A DNA stretch of 32,000 nucleotides from contig NZ_MPKA01000065.1 in the NCBI RefSeq assembly GCF_001945605.1, forward strand, positions 45,656 through 77,655, read 5' to 3'. The position numbers and the translations under genes were made by a program. Within the stretch, counting starts at the first letter, position 1; the number at the start of each line of letters is the position of its first letter. The notes beneath the pieces were generated by a model, which worked only from the letters and a program-made list of their open reading frames with translations, had not been told where the DNA came from and did no database searches. The stretch is from Dubosiella newyorkensis. Its GTDB lineage: Bacteria; Bacillota_I; Bacilli_A; Erysipelotrichales; Erysipelotrichaceae. Shown here piece by piece: positions 1 to 7,494 of this stretch.

Positions 1-319
1 AATGATCGATATTCTGCTGGGTGAAGATCGAAGGATGATGACCCGTCTGGATCGCGAACTGCTCAGCTGGAAGACCAAACGAATCAAACCCCATCGGATG
101 CAGAACGTTGAAACCTTCCATTCTCTTTTTTCGCGCGATAATATCTGTCGCCGTATAGCCTTCCGGATGCCCTACATGTAATCCATTTCCGCTCGGATAT
201 GGAAACATATCCAACACATAATACTTTGGTTTGGAAAAATCCGCCGTATCGGTCTTGAACGTTTTATTGTCTTCCCAAACTTTTTGCCACTTCTTCTCAA
301 TAGTCTTGTGATCGTACAT
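1..319 (-). CDS. leuS: leucyl-tRNA synthetase, N-terminal ~106 codons (gene continues past left edge)
   Basis: Not in ORF track (edge-truncated). Reverse-complement translation from ATG 319-317 gives [87 protein letters not shown]... This carries the class I HIGH-type signature (HVGH) in the LeuRS-typical N-terminal context. A Leu T-box leader lies directly upstream. Confidence 0.9.
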   Translation of the reverse strand, partial: MYDHKTIEKKWQKVWEDNKTFKTDTADFSKPKYYVLDMFPYPSGNGLHVGHPEGYTATDIIARKKRMEGFNVLHPMGFDSFGLPAEQFAIQTGHHPSIFTQQNIDH

Positions 320-334
320 CGTATCTACCTCTAT

Positions 335-558
335 TCTCTCTAAATAAAATAAAAAAAACGCCCTTAACGATAAGGACGTTTGCACGCGGTACCACCTTAC
401 TTCTTGCCAAAAGGCAAGCACTCATTCCCTTTAACGCAAGGATCACGGTTTCCATTACGAAACAGCTCCCCGACGAGTTCAAAGCCTTCCAACAAGGATT
501 TTCACCAACCATCCTCTCTCTAGCGAATTCCAGCCTCTACTGCTTCGGTTCTATACCT
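335..558 (-). promoter_or_regulatory. T-box riboswitch leader (leucine, CUC specifier) ending in an intrinsic terminator
   Basis: The minus-strand RNA contains the invariant T-box core GGUGGUACCGCG (complement of 385-396). It has an AGAGA / GGUGAAAA stem I start and a GAA-CUC-G specifier-loop context (CUC = complement of 475-477). The terminator is ACGUCCUUA-UCGU-UAAGGGCGU followed by a U-run (343-379). The leader sits between a sigma-A type promoter and the leuS ATG. Confidence 0.8.
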
Positions 559-565
559 GTCTCAA

Positions 566-594
566 AATGTAACAAATTTTCAAACATCCGTCAA
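566..594 (-). promoter_or_regulatory. sigma-A type promoter of the leuS T-box leader
   Basis: On the minus strand: TTGACG (589-594), 17-nt spacer, TGt-TACATT (566-571, extended -10). Confidence 0.5.
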
Positions 595-620
595 CCTATC
601 CTCAAACAAATGATTCAAAA

Positions 621-1085
621 TCATGCCTCAAACTCGATCTGATCGATCTGTACACCCGAATAATAGATCCGAACCCTCTTAGAGAGACCCTCAAAACGAT
701 ACTCGACATCCAAAAATGTAGTTTGATCCATGAATTCGATCGAGCCTTGCCTTGTCTCGTAGTTTTGATATAAGATCAGATCCGCCTCGTCAAACCCACA
801 CTTTCTTATCCTTTCATTGTGATAGAGGATCTTTTTCGCCTCGAAAACAATCGCCATTTCGATCCGGTTTTCCTTTTGCGCCAAATACAGCGCTTGACTT
901 TTCGATACCGAAAGGCAAACAAAAGAAACAAGCTGGATCGAAAACAAAAAAAGCACGATCGCCACTTGACTAATATAGGCGTTGGAACACTTGGAATTCT
1001 TCTTTGTCGATCGAGATATAGATTTTATCTTCCTCTTCATAAAACACGACTTTTTCCACATTCTCCAATAAGATCTCATAGCCAC
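621..1085 (-). CDS. comGG: ComGG-like minor pseudopilin / competence protein (start uncertain)
   Basis: Last ORF of the comG operon. It has one N-terminal hydrophobic helix (YISQVAIVLFLFSIQLVSFVCL) followed by a soluble domain, with size and position as for ComGG. The start is ambiguous: GTG 1085, ATG 1079 behind AAGAGGTGG, or ATG 1040. All candidates overlap comGF. Confidence 0.45.
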   Translation of the reverse strand: MAMRSYWRMWKKSCFMKRKIKSISRSTKKNSKCSNAYISQVAIVLFLFSIQLVSFVCLSVSKSQALYLAQKENRIEMAIVFEAKKILYHNERIRKCGFDEADLILYQNYETRQGSIEFMDQTTFLDVEYRFEGLSKRVRIYYSGVQIDQIEFEA

Positions 1086-1359
1086 CTCTTTTTATGAGCC
1101 GATCTCGATCTTGCTCGATCCGATACGATTGATGAAAGATCGTCGCCTCAAGCGCCCCTTGATCCACTCTGATCGAAGAAGCCGGAGCTAGAAAACTGCG
1201 CAACTGCAGCACCAAGAACTCCCTTTGCGAATCGCGATGGTTTTTCACGATCTGACTAGCAACCTGCATGAATCCGCTCAACAGCCCGATCAGCAAAGAA
1301 ACGACCAAAAGCGAAAACAACGCCTCAATCATCGTAAAGCCATTGGATCTCGATTTCAT
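970..1359 (-). CDS. comGF: ComGF-like pseudopilin
   Basis: N terminus MKSRSNGFTMIEALFSLLVVSLLIGLL is a prepilin-type cleavage/methylation motif (G|FTxxE plus a hydrophobic helix). It is the sixth gene of the operon. Confidence 0.65.
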   Translation of the reverse strand: MKSRSNGFTMIEALFSLLVVSLLIGLLSGFMQVASQIVKNHRDSQREFLVLQLRSFLAPASSIRVDQGALEATIFHQSYRIEQDRDRLIKRGGYEILLENVEKVVFYEEEDKIYISIDKEEFQVFQRLY

Positions 1360-1474
1360 GATCGACCCCCACCCCGCTTTTTCGATACACGAATACAGCC
1401 GAAGAAAACATCAAAACGAGCAAACTCACGATCAAAAAACCAAACAAAGCATCCTGCAATAAAAAACCATTCAT
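1325..1474 (-). CDS. comGE: ComGE-like small pseudopilin (49 aa)
   Basis: ATG 1474-1472 forms an ATGA overlap with the comGD stop (1473-1471). The product MNGFLLQDALFGFLIVSLLVLMF... is a short hydrophobic N-terminal helix protein in the ComGE position. The ORF-track start at 1540 is rejected as an extension into comGD. Confidence 0.45.
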   Translation of the reverse strand: MNGFLLQDALFGFLIVSLLVLMFSSAVFVYRKSGVGVDHEIEIQWLYDD

Positions 1475-1851
1475 TCTAGACGCATCCGCCCCATGCCGAT
1501 CTGAAACACGAGCTGATAGCTTTTCTTTCCATCCACGCACCTTAATGTTCCTCCCTTCGAAATATTGCCTTTCTCGTTATAGTGGAACGAAAGCGGCTCG
1601 CAAACAAAATCAGCAGGAAAAACGATCCTCTCCCTTCCAATATCCGCTTCCTTTTCACCAATCGCGACATCCTGTTTTTCCCGATACGAATAAGCGAGCA
1701 TCTGCGCGCTCAAGCACGCTTCCTCGATCTTGTTCATGACAAGCTTGTTGCTCGCTCTAGGAATAGAAAAAGAAGAAAGGATCATGACGATCAAAAGCAC
1801 GACCAAAGTCTCTTTCAGCGTAAAGGCATTATTCATGATTCGCCTGGCCAT
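1471..1851 (-). CDS. comGD: ComGD-like pseudopilin
   Basis: MNNAFTLKETLVVLLIVMILSS is a prepilin-type N-terminal motif. The start is ATG 1851 or ATG 1836; both overlap the comGC 3' end. Confidence 0.65.
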   Translation of the reverse strand: MARRIMNNAFTLKETLVVLLIVMILSSFSIPRASNKLVMNKIEEACLSAQMLAYSYREKQDVAIGEKEADIGRERIVFPADFVCEPLSFHYNEKGNISKGGTLRCVDGKKSYQLVFQIGMGRMRLE

Positions 1852-2152
1852 CTTGAATATAGATCGCCTTGCCGTTTGGACACGCGTTTTGTCCTTCTTT
1901 CAAATAGCCTTGAGCGATCAGATCATCGATACTTGTCGGCGTTTCTTCTTGATCGATCTCATACAACAAGATCGCCGAGTTGACGACCTCGATCAAGGCG
2001 CTACACCCTTTATTGCGGATGATCTTCTCCTTTTGCTGCAAGTTTGGCAAAGTCAAGATCAAGACGATCGCGATAATGAGCATCACCACGAGCATTTCTA
2101 AAAGCGTAAACGCGTTTTGTTTTTGAGTTTTATTTCTTAGTTTCATATCCAT
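1829..2152 (-). CDS. comGC: ComGC major competence pseudopilin
   Basis: MKLRNKTQKQNAFTLLEMLVVMLIIAIVLIL carries the prepilin cleavage/methylation motif, and the product is ~105 aa. The start is ATG 2152 or 2146, just after GAGGGA. The ORF-track 5' extension to 2365 lies inside comGB and is rejected. Confidence 0.85.
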   Translation of the reverse strand: MDMKLRNKTQKQNAFTLLEMLVVMLIIAIVLILTLPNLQQKEKIIRNKGCSALIEVVNSAILLYEIDQEETPTSIDDLIAQGYLKEGQNACPNGKAIYIQDGQANHE

Positions 2153-2157
2153 TCCCT

Positions 2158-3219
2158 CTAAAATGTCGTCAATAGCGAAAGCGGAGAAAGGAGCACTTGG
2201 TAGACGACGATCACAAGCGCGCCCATGCTCAAATACGAGAGGACACTGATCCATTTCACGATATGAGCGCACCCTTTTTGAAGTTCCTTTTCTTTCTTTT
2301 GAACGTAGAGCCTTAAAAGTCGATGCAGATCTTGACATTCCATCCCGATCTGGAAAAAATCGCAAAATTCCGTCTCAAGATCACAAAAACACCGTTCGAT
2401 CGCCTCTCCATGAGCTAGCCTTTGATAGGCGTTTCGAGCCGTCATCCTCACATGCGCCTGCCCATTCAGAGAAGAGAGAAGCTGAAGCGTTTCCATCGAA
2501 GAAAGTTGAGGAGAAAGAACGCCTTCAAAAAACAAGGCGAACTGCATCGAATAATACATTTGAAGAAACGGGATTTTTTGAAGCTGCTTTTCAACCCAAG
2601 GAATGGGATGTTCGACATAGACATAGAAGAAAAGAAGAAAAAAAGCGCCAAGAAAAACACTCAAAATTAGCATGATCGCCTTGAGAACCCTTAAAAAAAG
2701 AGCTTCCTGATCGATATAGGCCATCATTTGCGGCAAGATCGTATCGATAAAAAAGAGAGTCATTAAAAAAGAAAAGAAAAAGATCGTGACAGGATAGAGA
2801 AGTTTTTGCGCCATTGAAAAAAAATGTTTTTTCGAATAAGCATTCACATGTTCTAAAAGCGTAGCGGCATCCTTCAAAGACATATGCCTGGCTAGTTCAC
2901 ACAACTTAAGACAAAATGGATCGTTCATGCTCGAAAGAATATTGAACAGCTCCTCTCCTTTCTCAAGTCGAGCTAAGATCGCTTTAGAATCCGAAAACGA
3001 AAGCTCGATCTGCTTCTTGATTGGGATCCCGCTTTGCGAAAGAAGAAGAAAAATCGACAATTCATGCTTGAAGCGCTTGGATGTCAAATTTGGCTTGCTC
3101 GTCTTCGATCCTATTCGACTCCAAAGCTCTTTGGATCCTTTGCTCCAAGCGAACATGGTTTGTTGAATATTCTTTGGCAAGAAGGATCGTCTCCGCTTCT
3201 TTACGGTCGACGATTTCAT
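2158..3219 (-). CDS. comGB: ComGB, type II secretion/type IV pilus platform (GspF/PilC-like) membrane protein
   Basis: 353-aa polytopic membrane protein with two similar halves, each a soluble helical region followed by TM helices. It sits directly after the comGA ATPase. ATG 3219 is preceded by AGGAG-N7 but overlaps comGA by 158 nt, and an alternative ATG lies at 3156. Confidence 0.8.
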   Translation of the reverse strand: MKSSTVKKRRRSFLPKNIQQTMFAWSKGSKELWSRIGSKTSKPNLTSKRFKHELSIFLLLSQSGIPIKKQIELSFSDSKAILARLEKGEELFNILSSMNDPFCLKLCELARHMSLKDAATLLEHVNAYSKKHFFSMAQKLLYPVTIFFFSFLMTLFFIDTILPQMMAYIDQEALFLRVLKAIMLILSVFLGAFFLLFFYVYVEHPIPWVEKQLQKIPFLQMYYSMQFALFFEGVLSPQLSSMETLQLLSSLNGQAHVRMTARNAYQRLAHGEAIERCFCDLETEFCDFFQIGMECQDLHRLLRLYVQKKEKELQKGCAHIVKWISVLSYLSMGALVIVVYQVLLSPLSLLTTF

Positions 3220-4057
3220 AAATACACTCCTTTCTGCTAGAGGGCGTTTGATAAAGCCGTTGCGCGAATACGCCGCTTACAAGCCCAATTAGATCATAGG
3301 CTTCGATCCCAAAATCAAGAAGTCGAAAAAGCGCCTCTTTCGCATTTCCCGCATGAATGGTCGAGACGACTAAATGACCAGAAAGCGCGCAATTGACCAT
3401 CTTCTTGGCGCAATAGGCGCTGCGGATCTCGCCAATATAAATAATGTCTGGATCGTGACGCATGAGCTGTTCAATCCCCTTTTCGTATGTGAACCCTTCT
3501 TCCTCGTTGACTTGAAGCTGAACGAAGAGCGGATCTTGGATCTCGACCGGATCTTCAAGAGAGACGATCTTGTACCGTTTGGATAAAGCGATCTCATGCA
3601 AGATCGCGTGGATCGTCGTCGTTTTCCCTGAATTGGTCGGTCCGCACGCTAAAAACAAGCCTTGTCGAAAATGCGTGAGCTGCTTCATGAAATCGATCGC
3701 TTCTTGATCGCTTGTCAACTCTTCGATCTTTAGATCGCTCTTCATAGCGAATAGGCGTAACACTCCTGTTTCAAGATGCTGGTTATGCAAGATCGAAAAA
3801 CGCGCGTCGATCTTCTTTCCTTGGATCTCGATCGAAAACGAACCCGACTGCGGAAGTTTTGGATTGGTCAGATCGAGTCCGGCAATAAATTTCAAATAAG
3901 AAAAAAGCTTAGGATCCCATAGATCTTGATGAAGCGAACACATTCCTTTGGCCGTTCGCAACTGGATCTGAAGATGCTCGTCGTTTTTATAAAAGTGCAG
4001 ATCGCTCGCCTTCTTGTTCAAAGCATATTCGATCAATTGTTCAAGTTGATGTCTCAA
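3062..4057 (-). CDS. comGA: ComGA, competence pseudopilus assembly ATPase (GspE/PilB family)
   Basis: Walker A GPTNSGKTTT, Asp box VSLEDPVE, DPDIIYIGEIR and the His-box region HLVVSTIHAG. The start is TTG 4057, 6 nt after a GAGGGGGG SD; the nearby ATG is out of frame. Confidence 0.9.
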   Translation of the reverse strand: MRHQLEQLIEYALNKKASDLHFYKNDEHLQIQLRTAKGMCSLHQDLWDPKLFSYLKFIAGLDLTNPKLPQSGSFSIEIQGKKIDARFSILHNQHLETGVLRLFAMKSDLKIEELTSDQEAIDFMKQLTHFRQGLFLACGPTNSGKTTTIHAILHEIALSKRYKIVSLEDPVEIQDPLFVQLQVNEEEGFTYEKGIEQLMRHDPDIIYIGEIRSAYCAKKMVNCALSGHLVVSTIHAGNAKEALFRLLDFGIEAYDLIGLVSGVFAQRLYQTPSSRKECIYEIVDRKEAETILLAKEYSTNHVRLEQRIQRALESNRIEDEQAKFDIQALQA

Positions 4058-4112
4058 ACATATCCCCCCTCTTATTCAATACGACAAAATTTCAAAAAAT
4101 GGCCCCAAAAAG

Positions 4113-4141
4113 TTAAAAAAAAATGAGAAGCAGAGCTTCTC
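4113..4141 (-). terminator. intrinsic terminator after the MBL hydrolase gene
   Basis: Minus strand GAGAAGC-TCT-GCTTCTC (4125-4141), a perfect 7-bp stem followed by T9. The stem overlaps the TGA stop. Confidence 0.6.
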
Positions 4142-4751
4142 AATACCGAAAATATGGATTCCAACGCATTTCTTGACCAATACTCGTGCTCGGACCATGA
4201 CCTGGATAAACACGAAGATCGGGATCGAGCGTTTTCAAATAATGGATCGACTCGATCATATCCTTCTCGCTTCCACTCGGAAGATCGACACGACCCACCG
4301 AACCTTGGAAGAGGACATCGCCTGTGAACACGTCGTTTCCGATTTGCAAAATCGTCGAACCGATCGTGTGGCCTGGCAAAGTTTTCGCGAACACTTTGAA
4401 GGCGCCAATATTCTGTTCGCCTTCATGGAGCGGCAACGGTTTGGCATGACTCGCGATTTGTTGATAAAAATATTTCGATCCGTTCAGATCTAGATCGTGC
4501 AGAAAATCAAATTCTTTCGGATTCATATAGACATCGACATCAAAGCGTTTTAGAAGCTTGTCGAGTCCGGCGATATGATCAAAATGTCCATGTGTCAAAA
4601 CGATCGCGTCAAGTTTGGCATCTTCTTGTTTCAAGATGTCTTCTAATTGTGGATAATCATCGCCTGGATCAATGAGCAAAGCGTGATGGTCTTTCACGAG
4701 CACATAACAGTTCGCTTGTCCAGGCCCTAATGGCTGTGTAATTATTTTCAT
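4140..4751 (-). CDS. MBL-fold metallo-hydrolase (glyoxalase II-like)
   Basis: THGHFDHIAG is the HxHxDH metal-binding motif, and downstream His/Asp residues (PGHT, GDVLF, PGHGP) are typical of the beta-lactamase fold. Confidence 0.8.
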   Translation of the reverse strand: MKIITQPLGPGQANCYVLVKDHHALLIDPGDDYPQLEDILKQEDAKLDAIVLTHGHFDHIAGLDKLLKRFDVDVYMNPKEFDFLHDLDLNGSKYFYQQIASHAKPLPLHEGEQNIGAFKVFAKTLPGHTIGSTILQIGNDVFTGDVLFQGSVGRVDLPSGSEKDMIESIHYLKTLDPDLRVYPGHGPSTSIGQEMRWNPYFRY

Positions 4752-4765
4752 CTTTTTCTATTTCA

Positions 4766-4792
4766 ATAAAAAAGACCGCAATACGGCCTTTC
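4766..4792 (-). terminator. possible weak terminator after rpmG
   Basis: Minus strand AAAGGCCG-UAUUG-CGGUCUUU followed by a U-run. The GC core is short (5 bp including one G-U pair) and is extended by A-U pairs. Confidence 0.4.
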
Positions 4793-4942
4793 TTATCTTT
4801 TCTCCTTATGATCTGTTTTTTGATTGCATTTTGGGCAGTATTTTTTCACCGTCATGCGATCTGGATGTTTTTTCTTATTTCTAGTACCGATGTAGTTTTC
4901 TTCCCCACAAACAGAACATTTAAAAGTAATACGATCTCTCAT
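4793..4942 (-). CDS. rpmG: 50S ribosomal protein L33 (zinc-ribbon form)
   Basis: Absent from the ORF track because it is 49 aa (all listed ORFs are 60 aa or longer). Manual translation gives MRDRITFKCSVCGEENYIGTRNKKKHPDRMTVKKYCPKCNQKTDHKEKR*. This has two CxxC pairs and the L33 signature context, with a GAGGAGG SD 7 nt upstream of ATG 4942 and a TAA stop at 4795-4793. Confidence 0.9.
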   Translation of the reverse strand: MRDRITFKCSVCGEENYIGTRNKKKHPDRMTVKKYCPKCNQKTDHKEKR

Positions 4943-4969
4943 GGTCAGACCTCCTCACATTACTGGAAA

Positions 4970-4999
4970 ATAATACCATAAACCCGAAATCGTTGACAA
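4970..4999 (-). promoter_or_regulatory. sigma-A type promoter of rpmG
   Basis: Minus strand TTGTCA (4994-4999), 18-nt spacer, TGg-TATTAT (4970-4975). Confidence 0.5.
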
Positions 5000-5007
5000 G
5001 TCTTTCT

Positions 5008-5772
5008 TTATCTCATCGCTTGATGGATCGTTTCGAGCGTTTGATTGAGCGCTTTCAGATCGATTTGTCCTGGAGCCGACGCTTGAATTCCTGCTCCAAA
5101 TGTAAGCGAAGAACCAAAAGCTTCCCCGCTCAGGCGGCTGATCACCCCTAGCTTGCCCATGGCCATCGTCGCTAGCGGACACGTCGAATAGTAGCGCTTC
5201 ATCCGTTCTGTAGCCGACAGCAGTGTTAAAACATCTTGGATCGAATTGGGCATAAGCGCGATCTTCAAGACATCGGCTCCCATATCCTGCATTTTGCATA
5301 GTCGAGAAATGATTTCTTCTTGATTGGGTGTTTGTTTGAAGTCGTGGTTGGAAGCGATCACTTTGACTTGCGCTGCGTGGACTTGATCGATGATTTCTTT
5401 TACAAGTCCCTCTTCTTTAAAGATCTCGACATCGATCATATCGACAAGTTGGCTCTTGGCCATTTCGATATTGAGCGTTTTATAAGTTCGATCGTCGATT
5501 TCTTTTACTCCCCCTTCTTTATTGGTCCTGAACGTCATCAAGATCGGTGTTTCTTGAACGACTTCTCGCAATCGCTTGGCGGCTTGCTTGAGTTTTTCAA
5601 GATCTAACACATCATCAAAATGATCGACGCGCCATTCAATCATATCGTATTCCATTCCTTTTAGTTGTTTTGCGTCTTGAAGAAGTTCTTCTTGCGTCGA
5701 GCTAGTGAGAGGAACGATTACTTTTGGCTTTCCCGCTCCAATTTCTATTCCGCGGATCTTTACTGTTTTCAT
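5008..5772 (-). CDS. aroD: 3-dehydroquinate dehydratase, type I
   Basis: MKTVKIRGIEIGAGKPKVIVPL...MIEWRVDHF...VLKIALMP (Schiff-base Lys context). The start is trimmed to ATG 5772. The ORF-track extension to 5955 runs through the divergent aroK promoter and into aroK itself. Confidence 0.85.
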   Translation of the reverse strand: MKTVKIRGIEIGAGKPKVIVPLTSSTQEELLQDAKQLKGMEYDMIEWRVDHFDDVLDLEKLKQAAKRLREVVQETPILMTFRTNKEGGVKEIDDRTYKTLNIEMAKSQLVDMIDVEIFKEEGLVKEIIDQVHAAQVKVIASNHDFKQTPNQEEIISRLCKMQDMGADVLKIALMPNSIQDVLTLLSATERMKRYYSTCPLATMAMGKLGVISRLSGEAFGSSLTFGAGIQASAPGQIDLKALNQTLETIHQAMR

Positions 5773-5820
5773 ACTGTCAGTATAAAAGATGTGAAAACAA
5801 ATGTAAATGATTGAAAAATA

Positions 5821-5850
5821 TAGACTAAGTTTCAATCTTTCTTGTATAAT
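5821..5850 (+). promoter_or_regulatory. candidate sigma-A promoter of aroK-aroE
   Basis: TAGACT (5821-5826), 18-nt spacer, TATAAT (5845-5850), then a TAGGAG SD ahead of ATG 5884. Confidence 0.45.
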
Positions 5851-5883
5851 GAGTGCGTTTATATATAGGAGCATCGAATAAAT

Positions 5884-6387
5884 ATGAATATATTTTTGAT
5901 TGGTTTTATGGGGGCTGGCAAGAGCACCATCGCGAAGCAATTTGCCAAAACGCATGGCAAAGAAGTCGTCGAGATGGATGAGCGCATCGCCAAAAGCAAT
6001 GGAATGTCGATTTCCGAAATTTTCGAAACACGAGGAGAGGCGTATTTTCGTGAAGAAGAGACGAAACTGCTTAACGATCTAAGTTCAAAAAAAGATGTGA
6101 TCGTCTCGTGTGGCGGGGGCGTGGCGATGCGAAAAGAAAATGTCGACATCATGAAACAAAGCGGAACGATCGTTCTTCTTAGCGCTGAGCCAAAGACGAT
6201 CTTAAAGCGCGTGGAAAACGAACACGATCGTCCGCTGCTCGAAAACAATAAGACGATCGAGCACATTCAAGAACTCATGGAGGCGCGCAAGCCATTTTAT
6301 GAATCTGCGGCCGATGTTGTGGTCGTGACGGATGGAAAAAGCGCTTCAACGATTTGCGAAGAGATCTTCAAGAAGATCCAAGAATAG
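5884..6387 (+). CDS. aroK: shikimate kinase
   Basis: P-loop GFMGAGKST at the N terminus, 167 aa, with the typical MDERI...SISEIFETRGEAYFREEE context. Confidence 0.9.
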   Translation: MNIFLIGFMGAGKSTIAKQFAKTHGKEVVEMDERIAKSNGMSISEIFETRGEAYFREEETKLLNDLSSKKDVIVSCGGGVAMRKENVDIMKQSGTIVLLSAEPKTILKRVENEHDRPLLENNKTIEHIQELMEARKPFYESAADVVVVTDGKSASTICEEIFKKIQE

Positions 6388-6398
6388 AAAGGATCATT

Positions 6399-7268
6399 AT
6401 GTCAAATTCAATTACAGGTCATACAGGGCTTCTTTGCTTGTTAGGTTCGCCTGTCGCCCACAGTATTTCTCCGGCTATGCATAACGAAGCGTGCAGGCAG
6501 CTTGGGCTTGATTATGCCTATCTTGCCTTCGATGTCGATGAAGAGCATTTGAAGGAGGCTGTCGATGGACTTAAGGCCATGAAGGTGCGTGGATGGAACA
6601 TCACGATGCCTTGTAAAAATAAAATGTGCGTGTTGGCGGATCGTCTTTCGCCAGCTTCCGAGATTTCGGGAGCGTGCAATACGATTGTCAATGAAGATGG
6701 GATCTTGACTGGCTATACGACAGATGGGATCGGTTTTCGCGAAGCTTTGAAAGAAGAAGGGTTCTTGCTTCCTGGCAAAAAGATGACGCTTCTTGGAGCT
6801 GGAGGTGCGGCGACTGCCATTTTAGTGCAGGCGGCTTTGGATGGTGTTCAAGAGATCCATGTGTTCAATATCAAGGATCCTTTTTATGATCGTGCCCAGC
6901 AGATCGTAAAGACGCTCAACGAAAAGACGAATTGTCATGTAACGCTGCATGATTTTAGCGATAAAGCTATTTTGAGCGAAGCGATCAAAAATAGCGATCT
7001 GCTCGTGAATGGAACGAATGTCGGCATGGCTCCACATACGGATCGTTCGATCATTCAAGATCCTTCCTTGTTTCATCCAGATTTGTTTGTGTTCGATGTC
7101 ATCTACAATCCAAAAGAGACCAAGCTTTTAAAGGATGCCAAGGTGGCGGGTTGTAAAACTGCGAATGGTTTGTATATGCTTTTGTATCAAGGGGCGGCAT
7201 CGTTCAAGCTATGGACTGGAAAAGAGATGCCGGTGAATATCATCAAAGAGAAATATTTTTCCAAGTAA
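6399..7268 (+). CDS. aroE: shikimate 5-dehydrogenase
   Basis: LLGSPVAHSISPAMHN substrate-binding motif and a GAGGAA Rossmann loop. The start is trimmed to ATG 6399, after the aroK stop. Confidence 0.85.
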   Translation: MSNSITGHTGLLCLLGSPVAHSISPAMHNEACRQLGLDYAYLAFDVDEEHLKEAVDGLKAMKVRGWNITMPCKNKMCVLADRLSPASEISGACNTIVNEDGILTGYTTDGIGFREALKEEGFLLPGKKMTLLGAGGAATAILVQAALDGVQEIHVFNIKDPFYDRAQQIVKTLNEKTNCHVTLHDFSDKAILSEAIKNSDLLVNGTNVGMAPHTDRSIIQDPSLFHPDLFVFDVIYNPKETKLLKDAKVAGCKTANGLYMLLYQGAASFKLWTGKEMPVNIIKEKYFSK

Positions 7269-7293
7269 AAAAGTGGCTCTAAATGCCACTTTT
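7267..7293. terminator. bidirectional intrinsic terminator between aroE and the convergent small ORF
   Basis: AAAAAGTGGC-TCTAAAT-GCCACTTTTT, a perfect stem with an A-run on one side and a T-run on the other. Confidence 0.7.
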
Positions 7294-7473
7294 TTAGTCG
7301 TTATGATCTTCTTCTGAATATTGAGCAATGAAGTCTTCAAGATAGGCTTGAAACGCTTGAGATTGCGTGATCTTCGCTCGGATACAAGCAATTTTGAACT
7401 TTTCGCAAAGTTCGCGTTCGATCTTGAAGGTTTTGGTGATGAGATCTTTTTTTTGAGCTTGATTCTCTTTCAC
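7294..7473 (-). CDS. small ribbon-helix-helix-like protein (59 aa, GTG start), function unknown
   Basis: Not in the ORF track. GGAGA lies 7 nt upstream of GTG 7473. Translation gives (M)KENQAQKKDLITKTFKIERELCEKFKIACIRAKITQSQAFQAYLEDFIAQYSEEDHND*. The pattern is a beta-strand (KTFKIE) followed by two helices, as in CopG/Arc-type RHH proteins. It ends at the shared terminator. Confidence 0.45.
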   Translation of the reverse strand: MKENQAQKKDLITKTFKIERELCEKFKIACIRAKITQSQAFQAYLEDFIAQYSEEDHND

Positions 7474-7494
7474 GATTTTCTCCTTCTGCTTTTT

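Noticed and set aside
297-512. 71-aa ORF on the minus strand upstream of leuS
   Set aside because: It lies entirely inside the T-box leader (T-box core, terminator and U-run), has no SD, and its sequence is explained by RNA structure.
752-2101. Plus-strand ORFs antisense to comGC-comGG (752-973, 819-1097, 1225-1479, 1268-1462, 1545-1739, 1582-1983, 1730-2101)
   Set aside because: These are shadow ORFs opposite well-supported pseudopilin genes. They are low-complexity R/K/S/Q-rich products with no motifs or SDs.
4073-4084. Possible ComX/SigH-type com-box (minus strand TCGTATTGAATA) upstream of comGA
   Set aside because: It only partly resembles TACGAATA. It also sits ~10 nt from the SD, too close for a -10 element to leave a functional leader. 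I do not consider it supported.
5773-5955. ORF-track 5' extensions of real genes (aroD to 5955, comGC to 2365, DEAD helicase to 19902, G3P dehydrogenase to 25555, aroE from 6354, ispG from 9663, hsdM to 16055)
   Set aside because: The extensions run into neighbouring genes or promoters and encode junk-like sequence. Internal ATGs with good SDs coincide with the conserved N termini of each family.
5859-6266. 135-aa minus-strand ORF antisense to aroK, and the similar antisense ORFs 19869-20267, 21010-21414 and 28250-28558
   Set aside because: They lie opposite strongly supported genes, have no recognisable motifs, and their composition is typical of antisense frames in GATC/CGA-rich coding DNA.
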